Of a stretch of 64,000 bases of DNA, positions 50,305 through 63,045 are shown piece after piece (positions within the stretch are counted from its first letter, which is position 1; each line of letters begins with the position of its first letter). The notes under the pieces are model-generated. The model ran no database searches, was not told where the DNA came from, and saw only the letters and a program-made list of their open reading frames with translations. The translations under genes and the position numbers were made by a program. Source of the DNA: Carcharhinus longimanus (lineage: Eukaryota); NCBI GenBank assembly GCA_030264375.1, contig JASCQW010000109.1:30413004-30477003 (forward strand), written 5' to 3'.

Positions 50305-51963
50305 CTGAAAGAAACAACAAGATCTGATTTAGCACCAGAAACTGGATATTAAAACACCCAATACGATTATAAATTTACGTTAAGTTTAAGCAAAAACTAT
50401 TTTAAACGGATTAGTACAACTAGAAACTGACCAGAATTTCAAAGGTTTCAAAATGAAGTAGAAACTAAATTTAAGTTAATTATAACTCGGAGATCGAATT
50501 CCATCTCTGCTATTAAGAATGTTGACGTTATTTTATCCAATTAAAATATTCTGACAGCAATAGGAAACATGATACAACGACTCGTCAACATTCTTATTTG
50601 CTGATCTAAAAGAATAATGTTTATTGTTTAATGACCTGATGAGCTTACCGATAAATTCAATTGCCTCAATGAACCAGGAGCTGATGTCTGCTTTGTGACT
50701 GTCCTCCACAGGAATGCATTTGTATCGATAATGTTCCTCAAAGTGGTTTGGGCAGTTGGCAGAGACATTGATCAGGGCCGTGATGCCCAGGGCATCCAGC
50801 ATGTCCTTCCTGGACGCATGGTAGGCACTTCCGAGGTAGAGGAAAGGGAGGATTTCAACAGGTCCACCCTACCGAGAAAAAACACACCACAGTTCAGTTT
50901 TCAAATCAAACCATCTCATTTTAGCGATGTACATATTATACTCCCCGAAGCAAACACATCCATTAAATAGATTACAAGTTATAAAAAGGGGCGATTTAAA
51001 TCACCCCTTTATTTATTTATCTATTTTATTACTTTTTAAAATGTTGGGCAATACAACTGGGCTAAACACTGAAGCTCGTCGATTATTAAATTTCCTTCTC
51101 GACTTAACTAACCTGATCATATAGCGGAGTCTCGCAGGAACTGCAGCTCGACTCTGCACTGTTGGGATTGTTGCTGGCGCTCAGAGGTAGAGATAATCCC
51201 GAAGGAGGTGAAGGTTTAGTGCAAAATTCTGGATATTCCGAGGAGAATGTATCGTAGCCACCTGAAATTGAAGACGCGGAGCTGGTTAATTGTTTTTGTT
51301 AACTTTAAGACACCGATTTCAAACTTACTGGCGCACAGTCAGTAAGCGATTATGTTATAAACACGTGTACAACGTTCAGAAGGATAGGACCGTCGCGTAT
51401 ATTGAAGAGGAAAGTTAGAATTCGTTTAAAGAGACAAATACAATGTTTTAAACTATAAAATCATCAAATGCGTACATGCCGGAGTTATATCGCTTTGAAC
51501 AATCGATTGTTCATGCGAGGTAACGAATGGTTGGGGTACATTCATTGTGTATCGATGTGGGGATTTTTTTAAAAGACGCTCAATCGTGCTTACCTCGGAG
51601 GAAAACGATCCTTGCTCCATAGGATTCCCGGCACAGCGCGTTGACCGCCAGGAGTACAGTGCTGTCCTTTTTGAGCAGGTCAAACTCACACGTTCTTTCA
51701 TCAAACACAACGACCACCGAGTAAAGACCGGACACTAAACTATGGCGGGACTCCTCGTTGGGCACAATGTGTTCGAGCCCCATTGTCCCCTTGGCCCTCC
51801 GCTTGACGATGGTGCTGAAGCGGACATTGAGCGAATTGACGATGTGCGAAGCGTTAAAGGCGAAGAAAGAGCGACAGTCCAGCAGCAGGCATTTGGAGGA
51901 GTCCTCCTTCAGGAGCTGCCCGAGAGTTTCATTGCTGACACTAGAGATTTCCATCATGACCAT
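49940..51963 (-). CDS. DUSP1: Dual specificity phosphatase 1 (MKP-1), 4 coding exons: 51963-51594, 51261-51113, 50868-50649, 50304-49940; 367 aa
   Basis: Exon lengths 370+149+220+365=1104 nt give an uninterrupted frame with GT-AG introns. Rhodanese/CH2 domain (LLLDCRSFF, STIVKRRAKG KIM, GLEHIVPN typical of DUSP1 rather than DUSP4), catalytic VHCQAGISRSAT, C-terminal FNFP and SPITTSP. Confidence 0.97.
50649..50868 (-). CDS. DUSP1: DUSP1 coding exon 3 (N-half of phosphatase domain)
   Basis: Acceptor TTTTCTCGGTAG|, GGPVEILPFLYLGSAYHASRKDMLDALGITALINVS...VEDSHKADISSWFIEAIEFI, donor G|GTAAGC. Confidence 0.96.
51113..51261 (-). CDS. DUSP1: DUSP1 coding exon 2
   Basis: Not in the ORF track. Acceptor TTTCAG|, translates (G)GYDTFSSEYPEFCTKPSPPSGLSLPLSASNNPNSAESSCSSCETPLYDQ, donor CAG|GTTAGT. 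Confidence 0.95.
51594..51963 (-). CDS. DUSP1: DUSP1 coding exon 1 (rhodanese-like MAPK-binding domain)
   Basis: ATG at 51963, MVMMEISS...IVFLR-G; donor G|GTAAGC at 51594/51593. Confidence 0.96.
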
Positions 51964-52089
51964 AATTGCTGATTTACACAGTTGATTCTTAAGGAGCCAG
52001 CTCTGCTTCTTGGACTTTAAATGAAAATCCTGGCTATCTGTGCGGTGAGATTGCTTTGCCTTCTGGTTCTGGCCCCTGCTGCTCCAAGA

Positions 52090-52225
52090 GTTGCCTTTTT
52101 ATGGGCGACTTTGTGAATGAAGGTGACGCGCTGCGTGTCACGTGACGGCCCATTGTGACGCACTCGGCGCCTGGCTGAGAGTGACACGCCCTGTCCTTGA
52201 CGTTTGCCAGGGGAACACGTCACGC
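52090..52225 (-). promoter_or_regulatory. DUSP1 core/proximal promoter: CATAAAAA TATA-like box, palindromic E-box GTCACGTGAC, five CRE half-sites
   Basis: CATAAAAA (minus, 52103-52096); GTCACGTGAC 52137-52146; TGACG at 52124, 52143, 52156, 52198 (TGACGTTT) and CGTCA at 52218. Matches the known CRE+E-box design of mammalian MKP-1 promoters. No upstream ATG in the inferred ~105 nt 5'UTR. Confidence 0.85.
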
Positions 52226-55200
52226 TGGGCTTGTTGTTTCAATGGACACAATGTGATGTAACCTCAGTCCTTCAGCAGCAGCTGACCGGCAGCAACTCCG
52301 CTGTGAGCAACACAGGGCACTGTAGCATAGCGCAGGCACTGCAACATTATACAGGTTTACTCACTGCAAATAGCACTGCGAAAAGTGCAGGGGAAGTCAT
52401 GACAAGCAGCAGTGCCTCACCTCTGAGTTTCTGTGCCTTCCCAAAGTTGGAGAAAGTTTTAAAACCAAGCTGCTAAATTTATTGCGCACTTCAAGGCGCC
52501 GTGAGACTCGCGTGATGATTAAACTTTAGTTATCTTGATTTAGGTGGTCAGCTGGGAACATAAACTTTGTTTGGTCGTCACTTTTTCGTTTTACTTATTA
52601 ATGCCCTGACCTCCCATCTGGGTTCAAATTGAAACTGAAGAGGCTTGGGATCCATTTAATACCTCCCTTCACCAACGTAATTGCACTGCGCTGCAAAGGA
52701 ACAGGCCAGGTGACGGAGTACTCAGGATATTGGTATGAAGTTACCTGATTCCCCAGTGAAATCATTCTGACTGTACATCTGCGCGCACGCTCTTCGGGAG
52801 GGAGAGATATCGCGAAGTATGTAGCGTCTTCAATTGCTGTACAACTAACCAGGATGTATTTCTTTTACTGTCTATCAATTTGATATTAAAGTTAGGTTAA
52901 AACACGCTCTTGATAACTCGAAGAAATACTAGTCGGTCGTTCTGAGCCGATAGTTTAAGTAACGAATGATTTTTTTCCCCCACTGACTGAACAAGCCGCT
53001 GACTGCTGAATAGCAGAAACACGCGGCGAATGAGCTAAATCTTAAAACGTGTGAAGTCATCTTTTCACAATATCGCAATGCAACTACATTGCCAGGCACA
53101 CATTTTAAAAGGGGGGAAAAACACGCGTTTAGAACTTAACCAACCATCAAACACCGTTGCAAAAATATATGTCGACAGTAACAGAATATTTGTTAAAGAC
53201 CATGAATATCTTAGACCTTTATTCGATTATAATGCAAAATTAATGTGTGTAATTACTAAAATCATGCTTTGATATTTTTACTTTTTGAAAACAATTTAGC
53301 TTTGTCAAACTGCAGTGAAATGGGTCGACATGCTTAACAACACCTATGGGTTAATTAACGATGAATTAAAACAAAACTATTTTCGGATGGATGATTACTG
53401 TAAAAAAAAACCTATGTGTTTGTAATTTAGTTATGATGTAATTTCTGAATTGTCTCACCTGATGTGATCATCAACTCAAAGTCAGAAGATGATGAGTGTC
53501 CCTTCCCCCCACCACCCCCACCCCCAATACTGTGCAATTTATAGAATTGGTAGGTAGGTGTTTTTACAATTGGACCGAACATTGATTAATAACGTGGTTA
53601 GAATTTCTGTGCATTCAATTTGGTTTAAAAGCGAACTGACTTTGCCTGCTGGCAATTCTAGCTTATTTAATAACGCTTTGGTTTATTGTTGGACTGCGTA
53701 GAGTTTGAGACGAATATTCCAGACACAGCGGAATAGCCAATTGCACTACATCCTCAATCATGGGGTTAAGGCATCTGCCACTGGTTTTTGTCAGTGAAAA
53801 TTGAACTATTGTAGATGAATTCTTAAAAGGATAGGTGTCATCAAGTAAATTATTTTTAAAAAAGCACAAACTTTGAGCGGCTAAATTACGCAAAACAGAA
53901 AGGAAAGTTGGTAACTTAAACCAAGGTGTTTCTGTAGTAGTTTCTGTATTGCCCATTGGCTCTGGAAGGCTTCAGATGTATTGGCAGATACCAAGGCGCC
54001 TCCCCCCCCCAGGGCTAGGCAAGTACAGACAGGGATGCAGAAGAGCAACTTGAACCATTGGAGTGTGGCTAATGACGCATGTTATCAGCTGAATTCTACA
54101 AGATTTTGCTGAGTGCAGCTATTTTTACCCTTACGGTGTTTCCTCTTATAATAGCCAGGGCCCTTGAACACAACTATCCTTCTATTTACTAATGAAAGTC
54201 TGGTGTGTATTAAAATAGTGCGTTCTGATGTACATCCACCCCTAGAACTGGCTCTGGGTTGTTCTTGTTAAACTGAGGAAGCAAGTCACTCTCTTATGCT
54301 TTGAGAAGCACCGTTCGTCAACAGTGGAAAGTTTACACTGCAAAACAAAGAGCATGTGATTTAGTTATATGATAGTCGTAAAATTTGAGTGCTCATTCAT
54401 GACATCTTAAAATTATCCATTATGTTGTTATGTATGTCATAAACATTGTCAAGCTTATTGTGAAATCCAGATTTCAAAAGAGGCCTAAATCTTAATGTTT
54501 CAATTCCCATATTGGTTATGGTAGTTTAGGGAGACCTGTTGCCTCACCTTGTTCCATACTTGAGTGGTGCCCCTCAAGCTACATGTAACCAGTTGTCTCT
54601 CTTTAATGGAAAGAGATGCATATGGTCCTGTGTGGACCACAACTAATTATCTTGCTTTAACCTGTAATGTTGTCAAGCATACATTTTAAAAAACAACATT
54701 TAATATGAAAATTCTAAGGATGATCAAATAATAACATCAGTGCAGGAGAACATCAGCATTTTGTCTCTCTGAAAATTTAAACATGTTTGTATTTACAAAA
54801 GTAAAGTGCAGCAACTGGAAATCTGAAATAAGAATATACCGCTGGAAATAGTCAGCAAAGTTAATCTTTTAGATGGGGAAGCCATGATGGCAGAAGCTGT
54901 GAATCTAGTAGGAGAGTGACTGGGAAGATGTGTGTAAACTCTGACAGAATAGAACAAAGAGGAACTTGGTGCAGGCATGAGAGGTGAAGTGGAGGCAGAA
55001 TAGGAGAACAACATAGTGAATACATTAAAAATAAAACAATGTAAACTGAAAATGCAGTGAGAAGGTAAACAGCAGAGAGTTAAGAGACAAAGTTCAGTTG
55101 CATATGAGACAGAGTCCACCTGATATGGAATTGTTTTGTTTATGTAGCCTTCCCCATTGTGAAATGCTGATAACATTTGACATTAAATTGGATTACCGAT

Positions 55201-55804
55201 TATAAATGTTTACATGGTTAAAGTTCATTGTAAGTATTGATGTAAACATGTTAAATAATGACAAATATCNNNNNNNNNNNNNNNNNNNNNNNNNNNNNNN
55301 NNNNNNNNNNNNNNNNNNNNNNNNNNNNNNNNNNNNNNNNNNNNNNNNNNNNNNNNNNNNNNNNNNNNNNNNNNNNNNNNNNNNNNNNNNNNNTTCAATA
55401 GCTAATGCCGCAAATGTTAGAGTCATGGATCATAATTCCAAGGTATATTACGAAGCCAGACTAGACTCCAAGAATGTGCTTATTATGACAATGTGAGGAA
55501 AGGATGCTTTATCAGAACAAATTTTATTTATAACACAGTTTAAGTATAACTCTAACAAAATAAAGGAGATTAACACTTAACAGTTGAACAATCTCTAAAC
55601 ATGAAAGGAACTTTAATTTCTAACTTATCACTACTTCAGTTCCAAATAAGCACCATTCTTCTTAAAGACTTAAAGCCCACTTATTTAATTAGCAATCACA
55701 AATATACTTGTTCTAATGACAACCTTGGAGTTTTCAGAGAGATCTAGAACTTTCAGAAGTCTGCAAAACTCTCCTAACTAGAACAGCCAAACTCCAACTC
55801 CTTC

Positions 55805-57113
55805 CATCAAAGATGCCAAAAGACAGAACCAGACCAAACTAGAGTCTCAGGCTAGCCACATTAACCCCTGCTGACTGTGGCAAGGTCTGCAAAACATAAC
55901 AGGCTACAAGATGAAGGCATGTAAAATCATCGGCTCCAACACACCCCTCCCTGATGAGCGCAATGCATTCTATGTCTGTTTTGAGCAAGAGGTCAACGAG
56001 AGCATGTCCTCCATCCTGGAAGCCCTGAATGAACCTATATCTGGGGTCACCATTGCAGATGTCAGAGCAGCTTTCTCAAAGATCAACCCATGGGAAGTAT
56101 CTGGCCTGGATGGGGACACTGGATGAGCAATCAGGTCCTGCACTGATCAGCTGGCAGGGCTATTCACAGACATCTTCAACCTCTTTTTACAACAATCTGA
56201 GGTCCCTATCTGCTATAAGAAAATGGCCATCATCCTGGTACCTAAGAAAAACCAAGCAGCATGCCTTAATGACTGTCATAATGGATGTCAGAGCCACCGA
56301 ATGGCTAGTTATGGCACAAATCAATTCCAGCCTCCAGAACTATCTGGATCCACTACAGTTTGCCTACTACCACAACACCTCCACAGCAGATGCCATGTCC
56401 CTGGCCCTGCACTCATCCGTGGAACACCTAGATAACAAGGATACCTATGTCAGATTCTGGTTTATTGACTACAGCTCAGCCTTCAACATTGTTATTCCCA
56501 TGGAACTCATTTCCAAACTCCATGATCTTGGCCTCGGCACCTCCGTCTGCGACTGGATCCTGAACTTCCTAATTCACAGACCACAATCAGTAAGGCTAGG
56601 TAACAATACCTCCTCCACAATCAACCTCAACATGGTGCCTACAAGGCTATGTTCTCAGCCCTCTACTATATTCCTTAGGTACCTTTGACTGTGTGGCCAA
56701 ATTCCCCTCCAATTCAATTTTCAAGTTTGCTGATGACTCCTCCATAGTGGGTTGGATCTCAAACAATGACAGAGTACAGGAATAGGATAGAGAGTCTGGT
56801 GAACTGGTGCAGCAACAATAATCTCTCCCTCAGTATCAACNNNNNNNNNNNNNNNNNNNNNNNNNNNNNNNNNNNNNNNNNNNNNNNNNNNNNNNNNNNN
56901 NNNNNNNNNNNNNNNNNNNNNNNNNNNNNNNNNNNNNNNNACTTACCTTGCATTAAGTTGATCTTTCTCTACACCCTAGCTATGACCGTAAGACTACATT
57001 CTGCACTCTCTCATTTCCTTCTCTATGAATGGTATGCTTTATTTGTATAGTGAGCAAGAAACAATACTTTTCATTGTATACTAATACATGTGACAATAAT
57101 AAATCAAATCAAA
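55805..57113 (+). mobile_element. Rex1/Babar-type LINE, 5'-truncated and decayed
   Basis: LPDERNAFY, IILVPKK...CLND, LDPLQFAY...STADAMSLALH...FIDYSSAFN, KFADD; tail AATAATAAATCAAATCAAA. Confidence 0.9.
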
Positions 57114-57374
57114 CCTTTCAGCAAAAACTTTCTGCAGACCCAAGACTGCACATAAATCACAACTTCACGTGACCCTGTCAATCACTCTAATCTGAAATCC
57201 CAGGGGAATGTAAGTGATTAACTCTACTTAACAGAACCACTAGCAAGGTTGACATGCTCTCCCAGCATCTGAGCTGACTATAGAAAATAAAGATGAACTT
57301 TAAAACATTCTTCTGAAATTCATAAAAAACACACAATGTACATATAATTTGCACACTCTCATGACACAAAGGCA

Positions 57375-57780
57375 CTTCAAGGAACAATATCAAACAAGCT
57401 TTTACACTAAGTTAAATAAGGAGACATGACGGCAGATGACTAAAATATTGGTCAAAGATTTTAGGGAGTGTTTTAAGAGGAAAGGGAGATAAAGAGATGG
57501 AGAAGTTTAGGAAGGGAGGATTCAGAGGTTAAGACTTTAGCTGATGAAGGCACAGCTGTCAAAGGTAGAGCAATTAAAATTGTAGATACGCAAGAGGCCA
57601 GAATTGGTGGAGCTCATCCATCAAGAGGGTTGTGGAGCTAGAGGATATTTCAGAAATAGGAAGGGATGAGGCTATGAAGGAATTTTTAAAAAATGAGAAT
57701 TTTAAAAGTAATGCGATGCTCAGCTGGGAACTGATATAGATCAGCAGGAATAGGGGTAATGGGTGATAGTTCAGCTATCA
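57375..57780 (-). mobile_element. Old L2-like LINE 3' fragment
   Basis: Purine-rich antisense L2-type 3' sequence; no ORF. Confidence 0.45.
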
Positions 57781-58879
57781 ACAGGAGAGGTTTAGGTGAG
57801 ATTAAAGTTATGAAAGGAATATTGTGTGTCACATATAGTATATTACGAGTATACTGGTAGATAACTCCGTGATCATCGTGAGTTGGCGTTCTTATAAATA
57901 CAGTTAGGATAAACAGGGACATTGACCTATTGATCTCCAAGGCAAATGAGGTCATTGGCAATCGAGGAACTCCAGAAGAGTGGAGTATGACATTTGAAGA
58001 ATGATTTCCTACACAGTGAATATTAGGGATGTTTTCGGGATCGAAAAACACTCATCTGAGTAGTTGTGTTCAGTAAGAATGGGACCCTGGATGTCAGGGA
58101 GCCTGATATAAAGCAGGTCTGGGGAGAGATTTAGAAATATTCCTCATTGCTGGACTCTGAAAGAATTGGATTGAGGGTTTGGAACAAAATTTAGCAGTTT
58201 TAGCAAAATGGAGCAATTTTGTGGGGAAGGGGACAGGTGAATGAGATTCAAACTGCCACTGTTGTTTGGAACCAGCAGGACCCAGCTACCCATATGCTTT
58301 AACAGCTCTCTCAGCTTCCCCTGCAATCTTCCAAACCTTATGTATGTACACCCATCCCTACTACCTAAATGGTACTGTTTAATTTGTATTGTTTCTTGTC
58401 ATTCTTCCTACTGAAGTTAATCACTTAACACATCTCTGTTAAATTTCTTCTGCTGTGTGTTTGCCCATTTCACCAGTCTATCTTTGCCCTCATGAGGTCT
58501 GCTTTATTTTACTCATTGGTTACTATGTTTCCAAATTTACTATTATTTAAAAACTTTGAAATGATGCCATTCCCCTCTACACAAATCATCTAATATATAG
58601 CAAAAAGATCAACGATGCCAACAACAGAGTAGCTTTGGATAGTGTGTGGAATTTTGATGAAAGGAGGGAATTCAGTGAGGAGAGGAGGGCAGTACTCCTT
58701 TACTTTCATAAACGCGTGACCCTGTAGGAAGTGTTTTCTGCTGTTCTGCAGGGGAGGAGATTTGGTGAATTCTAGTGAATGGTCAAAGTCTATTTTCCAA
58801 AGGTTTAAATTTGTCCTGCAGTTTGTGATAAGCTTGCTTAATACCTAAAATAAAATAAATAATCAATTAAAGATCACAA

Positions 58880-59460
58880 GGATGGCAGGACAAATTATGT
58901 ATCAAAGCACGTGAGAGCTCAAGGATACTGGTGTTATCCAGGAGTGTCTGCGGCTTCAAGAACTTTGGCTCAGAGTCTTTGAGCTGGAGGCCAAGCTGTG
59001 GACACTGCTATACATTAGAGAGGAAGAAAGATCCTGGATTCTTCGTTTCAGGGTGGTCACACCCTTTGAGAGAAAATCTTCCAGTTTGGAAAACAGTATG
59101 GGATGGGGGTGGGGAGGGGGGGGGAGGTGGGGAGTGACTGCAGCTGAGGTAGGTAAGGGACCCAGAGGACAGGAGTACAGGCTTGTCAGCTTCTGGAATT
59201 GTCCAAAAAGTTTGATGTTCTTTTAATGTATTTGGATGAGACTGTTGGCTGCAGGGTGCATGAGCTGACTGCTATGGCACCATGGTAGAGGAAGCCACAT
59301 GGTGTGAGAAAGGTTGACTTTTGGTTCATGAGGCACTGACAACAATACTGGGGAAAGCTGGGTTGGGGGGGGGGGGGGGACCATTGAGACAATCTACACC
59401 TGAACTATGCTGGGACCAGTGTTCTTGCAAACCGCATAACTAAGGAAGTAGAGGGGGATT
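58880..59460 (+). mobile_element. CR1 ORF1 remnant
   Basis: LQELWLRVFELEAKLWTL coiled-coil-like segment and LHLNYAGTSVLANRITKEV esterase-type C-terminus. Confidence 0.6.
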
Positions 59461-59461
59461 T

Positions 59462-62400
59462 TGTAATAACTCCACAGAGGCGAAGGTCCCGTCACCATAA
59501 GTTTCTTTATTTACAATACAAGGTATGCAACAGAGCATTCTTTGTGCTTCCTGCATCAGCAGGCAGAGAGACTGACACACCTGCAGTAAATAAGGAACAT
59601 GAGGCTTCCTGATTGGACCATCAAATAGGGCTCATCAGGGATATATTTTTGTTTAACCAAATAAACAAAATCAAACTAACTTAGGGACAACTCAAAGGGG
59701 CAGCTCCCTAAAGGGGAGGGGGGGAACCGCCCAAAACAAAAAGAAGTGGAGAAGAAACTTAAAACATCAAATTAAAATGTGATTTAAAGAGTCAATAATA
59801 CACCCCCTGTCTCTGCAGTGCCCAGCAGTTATGGAAGGCATCAACAGTGCCCCCAAACACTGCATGCTTCCTTTCCAGGAACACCCATCTGTGAATGTAG
59901 CTATGGTAGAGAGGCAGACAGTTGGGTTGGACAACCCCCTCGATTGCCTGCTGCCTCGACCAGTAGATGGAAAGGACTCATCAGGGAATTCATACTCAAG
60001 CAGGCCAACCTCATTTGCCTGACTGAAATCATCACACTTCTCCCCCACAAAGTCTGAGGAATCTTCTCGATTTACTTTCCTCAGGGGTCTTTTCTTCCAC
60101 TTGAACATTGGGTCTGGATCCTCCATTGTGGCATTGGTAGGGTGTAATGGTTGGGCGCCCATCTCTGGAGGGCTGATTCCTCTTCAACTTCTGGCGTGGG
60201 GGAGCTGCTGCAGCTTTGTCCCCTGTGTCCATCTTGGATTCTGAGGTTCCCACCAGGGGTGCTGGAGATACTGGCCTATTGAGGGGGACCCTGCTTGTCC
60301 CTAGGACTGCAGGGAGGATTGGGCTTAAGAATAGGTGGAGGGTTTGAGGCATGGACCTGGGACAGGCATTTCCTTACAAGAGCCTCACCCATGCATCCTC
60401 CGTAGGATGCCAGTCCTGCCCTGGACTTGACTGTTCCCGTTATCCATGTGGGTCCATTTGCGTAATTTCTTACACAGACTTTCTCATTGGCATCAAAGTG
60501 CCTTTCTTGGCGAGTGTTGTCATGGCCCCGGCATTGGGCTTCTTGGTGTCTTTCCACCTTTCCTCCTAGGTTTGGAAATAACAGGCTCAGTCTGGTGCGG
60601 GGTCGTCTGNNNNNNNNNNNNNNNNNNNNNNNNNNNNNNNNNNNNNNNNNNNNNNNNNNNNNNNNNNNNNNNNNNNNNNNNNNNNNNNNNNNNNNNNNNN
60701 NNNNNNNNNCAATTAGGACTCAGAGAATTCAAACTCCAGCAAGCCAACCTCATTCGCCTGTTTGGAGTTATCATACCCCTCCCCCACAAAGTCCAAGGAA
60801 TCCTCTTGGTTTGTTTTCCTCCACTTGAGCACTGGGTCTGGATCCTTCAACTTGGCCTCTTACATTGGTGGGGTGTATCAGTTGAGCGCCCATCTCTTCC
60901 GCAGCCAACGCTGGAGGGCTGGTTCCTCTTTCACTTTCAGCGGTAGAGAAACTACTGCAGCTTCATCTCCTGTGTCCATCTCAGACTGTGAGGTTCCCAC
61001 CAGGGGTGCTGGAGAGATGGTACTATCCCGTTGAGGGAGACTCTGCTCATCCCTCGGACTGCAGGATGGACTTGGCTCAGGAATGGGTGGAGAGTTTGAG
61101 GCACGAACCTGATCCAGGTGTTTCCTTACAACGGTGTTGCCCATACGTACTCAATACGATACCAGTCCCATCTTAGACACGATTGTTCCCATTATTCATA
61201 TTGGGCCCACTTGCGTAATTTCTCATCCAAACTTTCTCGCCGGCATCAAAGTACATCTTTTTGCGAGTGTTGTCATGGCCCCTGCATCACGCTTCCTGGT
61301 GTCTCTCCACCTTCCCTCCCAAGTTTGGAAATAACAAGCTCAGTCTGGTATGGGGTCATCTGCCTATCAGTAACTGTGCTGGAGCTATTCCCGTGGTGGC
61401 AGTGTAGAGTTGCCCTACAGTCGAATAGCCAGTGTGAGAGTTTGGTCTCTAATGATGCCACTGGCTGTTTCTTCAACCTGGCTTTTAAGGCCTGGGCTGC
61501 TCTCTCTGCTAGCCCATTTGATGCCAGGTGATATGGTGCCGTCCTTATGTCCAGGATTCCATTCAATTCCATGAATTTTGTGAACTCTAGGCTGGTGAAA
61601 ACTGATCCATTGTTGGAAATTGATACATCTGGAATCCTGTGCGTTGCAATTGAGGTGCACAGTTTCGCAATGGTTACTGGTGTGTTGGCCGAGTTCAGTT
61701 TGTAGACGTCCAACCACTTGGAATGGGCATCTATTATCACCAGAAACATGGACCCTATGAATAGGCCTACAAAATCGACATGGAGTCATGACCATGGTTT
61801 ACCTGGCCATTCCCACAGGTGCAGCAGGGCTGCTGGTGCTGCCTTCTGCCCCCGTTGGCACTTCTGGCACTGTCCTACCAATTCTGCCATATCTACATCC
61901 AAACTAGACATAGCTCCTGGTCAGGATCTTCATTTTTGATGCTCCAGAGTGCCCATGGTGTAATTTGGTCAGTATGGCTTGACGGCCCCAAATTGGGACG
62001 ATGACATAGCAGTATCCCCTTTTCCACAGTGATCTGCTCTCTGGCTATATGGGTAGAACTGTGGCTGAACCAGTCTTTCAAGCTCCCCTATTAGCAGCAG
62101 GTGCTTTATCTTCGCTAATACACTATCTTTCTTGTGTCCACTGGCATATATATTGTGCGGGAGGGTATCCAAGAAGTTTAGTGTCATCACCATTCCCTCT
62201 ACTCTGGGTACCCATGGTGAGGTGTCCGGTAATGGTAGCCTTAGGGCATTGGCGTTTGCCTCTCGAATCCCTGGCTGGTGCTTCAACTGATATTGATATG
62301 CTGCCAGTGATAATTCACAGTGCTGGACCTGGGCTGAAGTTATTAGCGGCAGCGCATTGTCCTCCTTATGTAGGCCAGGCAAAGACTTGTGATCTGTGAC

Positions 62401-63045
62401 AATCGTGAATTTCCACCCGTATAAGTATTGGTGGAGCTTTTTTTACCACGAATATTAAACCCAGACCTACTCTTTAAATTGGGGCGTATTTTCGTTCCGC
62501 TATTGTTTGACTTCTGGAGGCACACACCATTGGCTGTTCCAATCCACTTTGTCATCTGTGTGCCAGAACTGCACCAACCCATATGGGAATGTATCACAGG
62601 ATGAGCACCAATCCCTTCTTGGGATCATAATGTGCTGATACGTTTTCAGATGAGAGTTGCTGTTTAATTTTCTTGAAAGCCTGGTCTTGGCAGACTGACC
62701 ATTCACAGGCTTGCCCCTTTTTTTAGCAACTGGTGGAGAGGATCCAGAATGGAGGCCCTTCTCCGTATGAATTTCCCATAGTATATCACCAGTCCTAAAA
62801 ATGACCAAAAATGTCCTGAATTGTGTTGGGGATCACGGATCTTTTATTGCTCACACCTGATCCACCAGAGGATCTAGGCCCGACTTAACTACTTTGTACC
62901 TGAGGTAGGTTACTTGCATTGCTAAAAAGGCACATTTCTCTCTTTTCAAAGGCACATCCGCTGCTGCAAATCTCCTCAGGACTTCCTCCAGAATCTGCAG
63001 ATGTTCTGCTCTTGTTTTTCTCGTAATGAGAACATCATCCAAGTA
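59462..63045 (-). mobile_element. Gypsy LTR retrotransposon, decayed (RT-RNaseH-integrase, PPT, probable 3' LTR ~59462-59802)
   Basis: YLDDVLIT...LKREKCAF, NANAL.RLPLP, HVDF.G...MFLVIIDAHSKW...SNNGSVFTS...TAPYHLASNGLAERA; purine tract AGGGGG at 59803-59808 next to a TG...CA-bounded segment. Confidence 0.88.

Larger units (their letters stand above)
51100..53200. other. CpG island over DUSP1 exons 1-2 and promoter
   Basis: CpG dinucleotides are visibly frequent here compared with the CpG-depleted flanks (not computed). Confidence 0.7.

Noticed and set aside
52244-52256. Glucocorticoid response element-like GGACAcaaTGTGA near the promoter
   Set aside because: Second half-site lacks the conserved C; cannot be supported without conservation or ChIP data.
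55421-57366. Solo LTR (GTCATG...CATGACA) split by the Rex1 insertion
   Set aside because: Plausible termini but no matching TSD, PBS or PPT visible.
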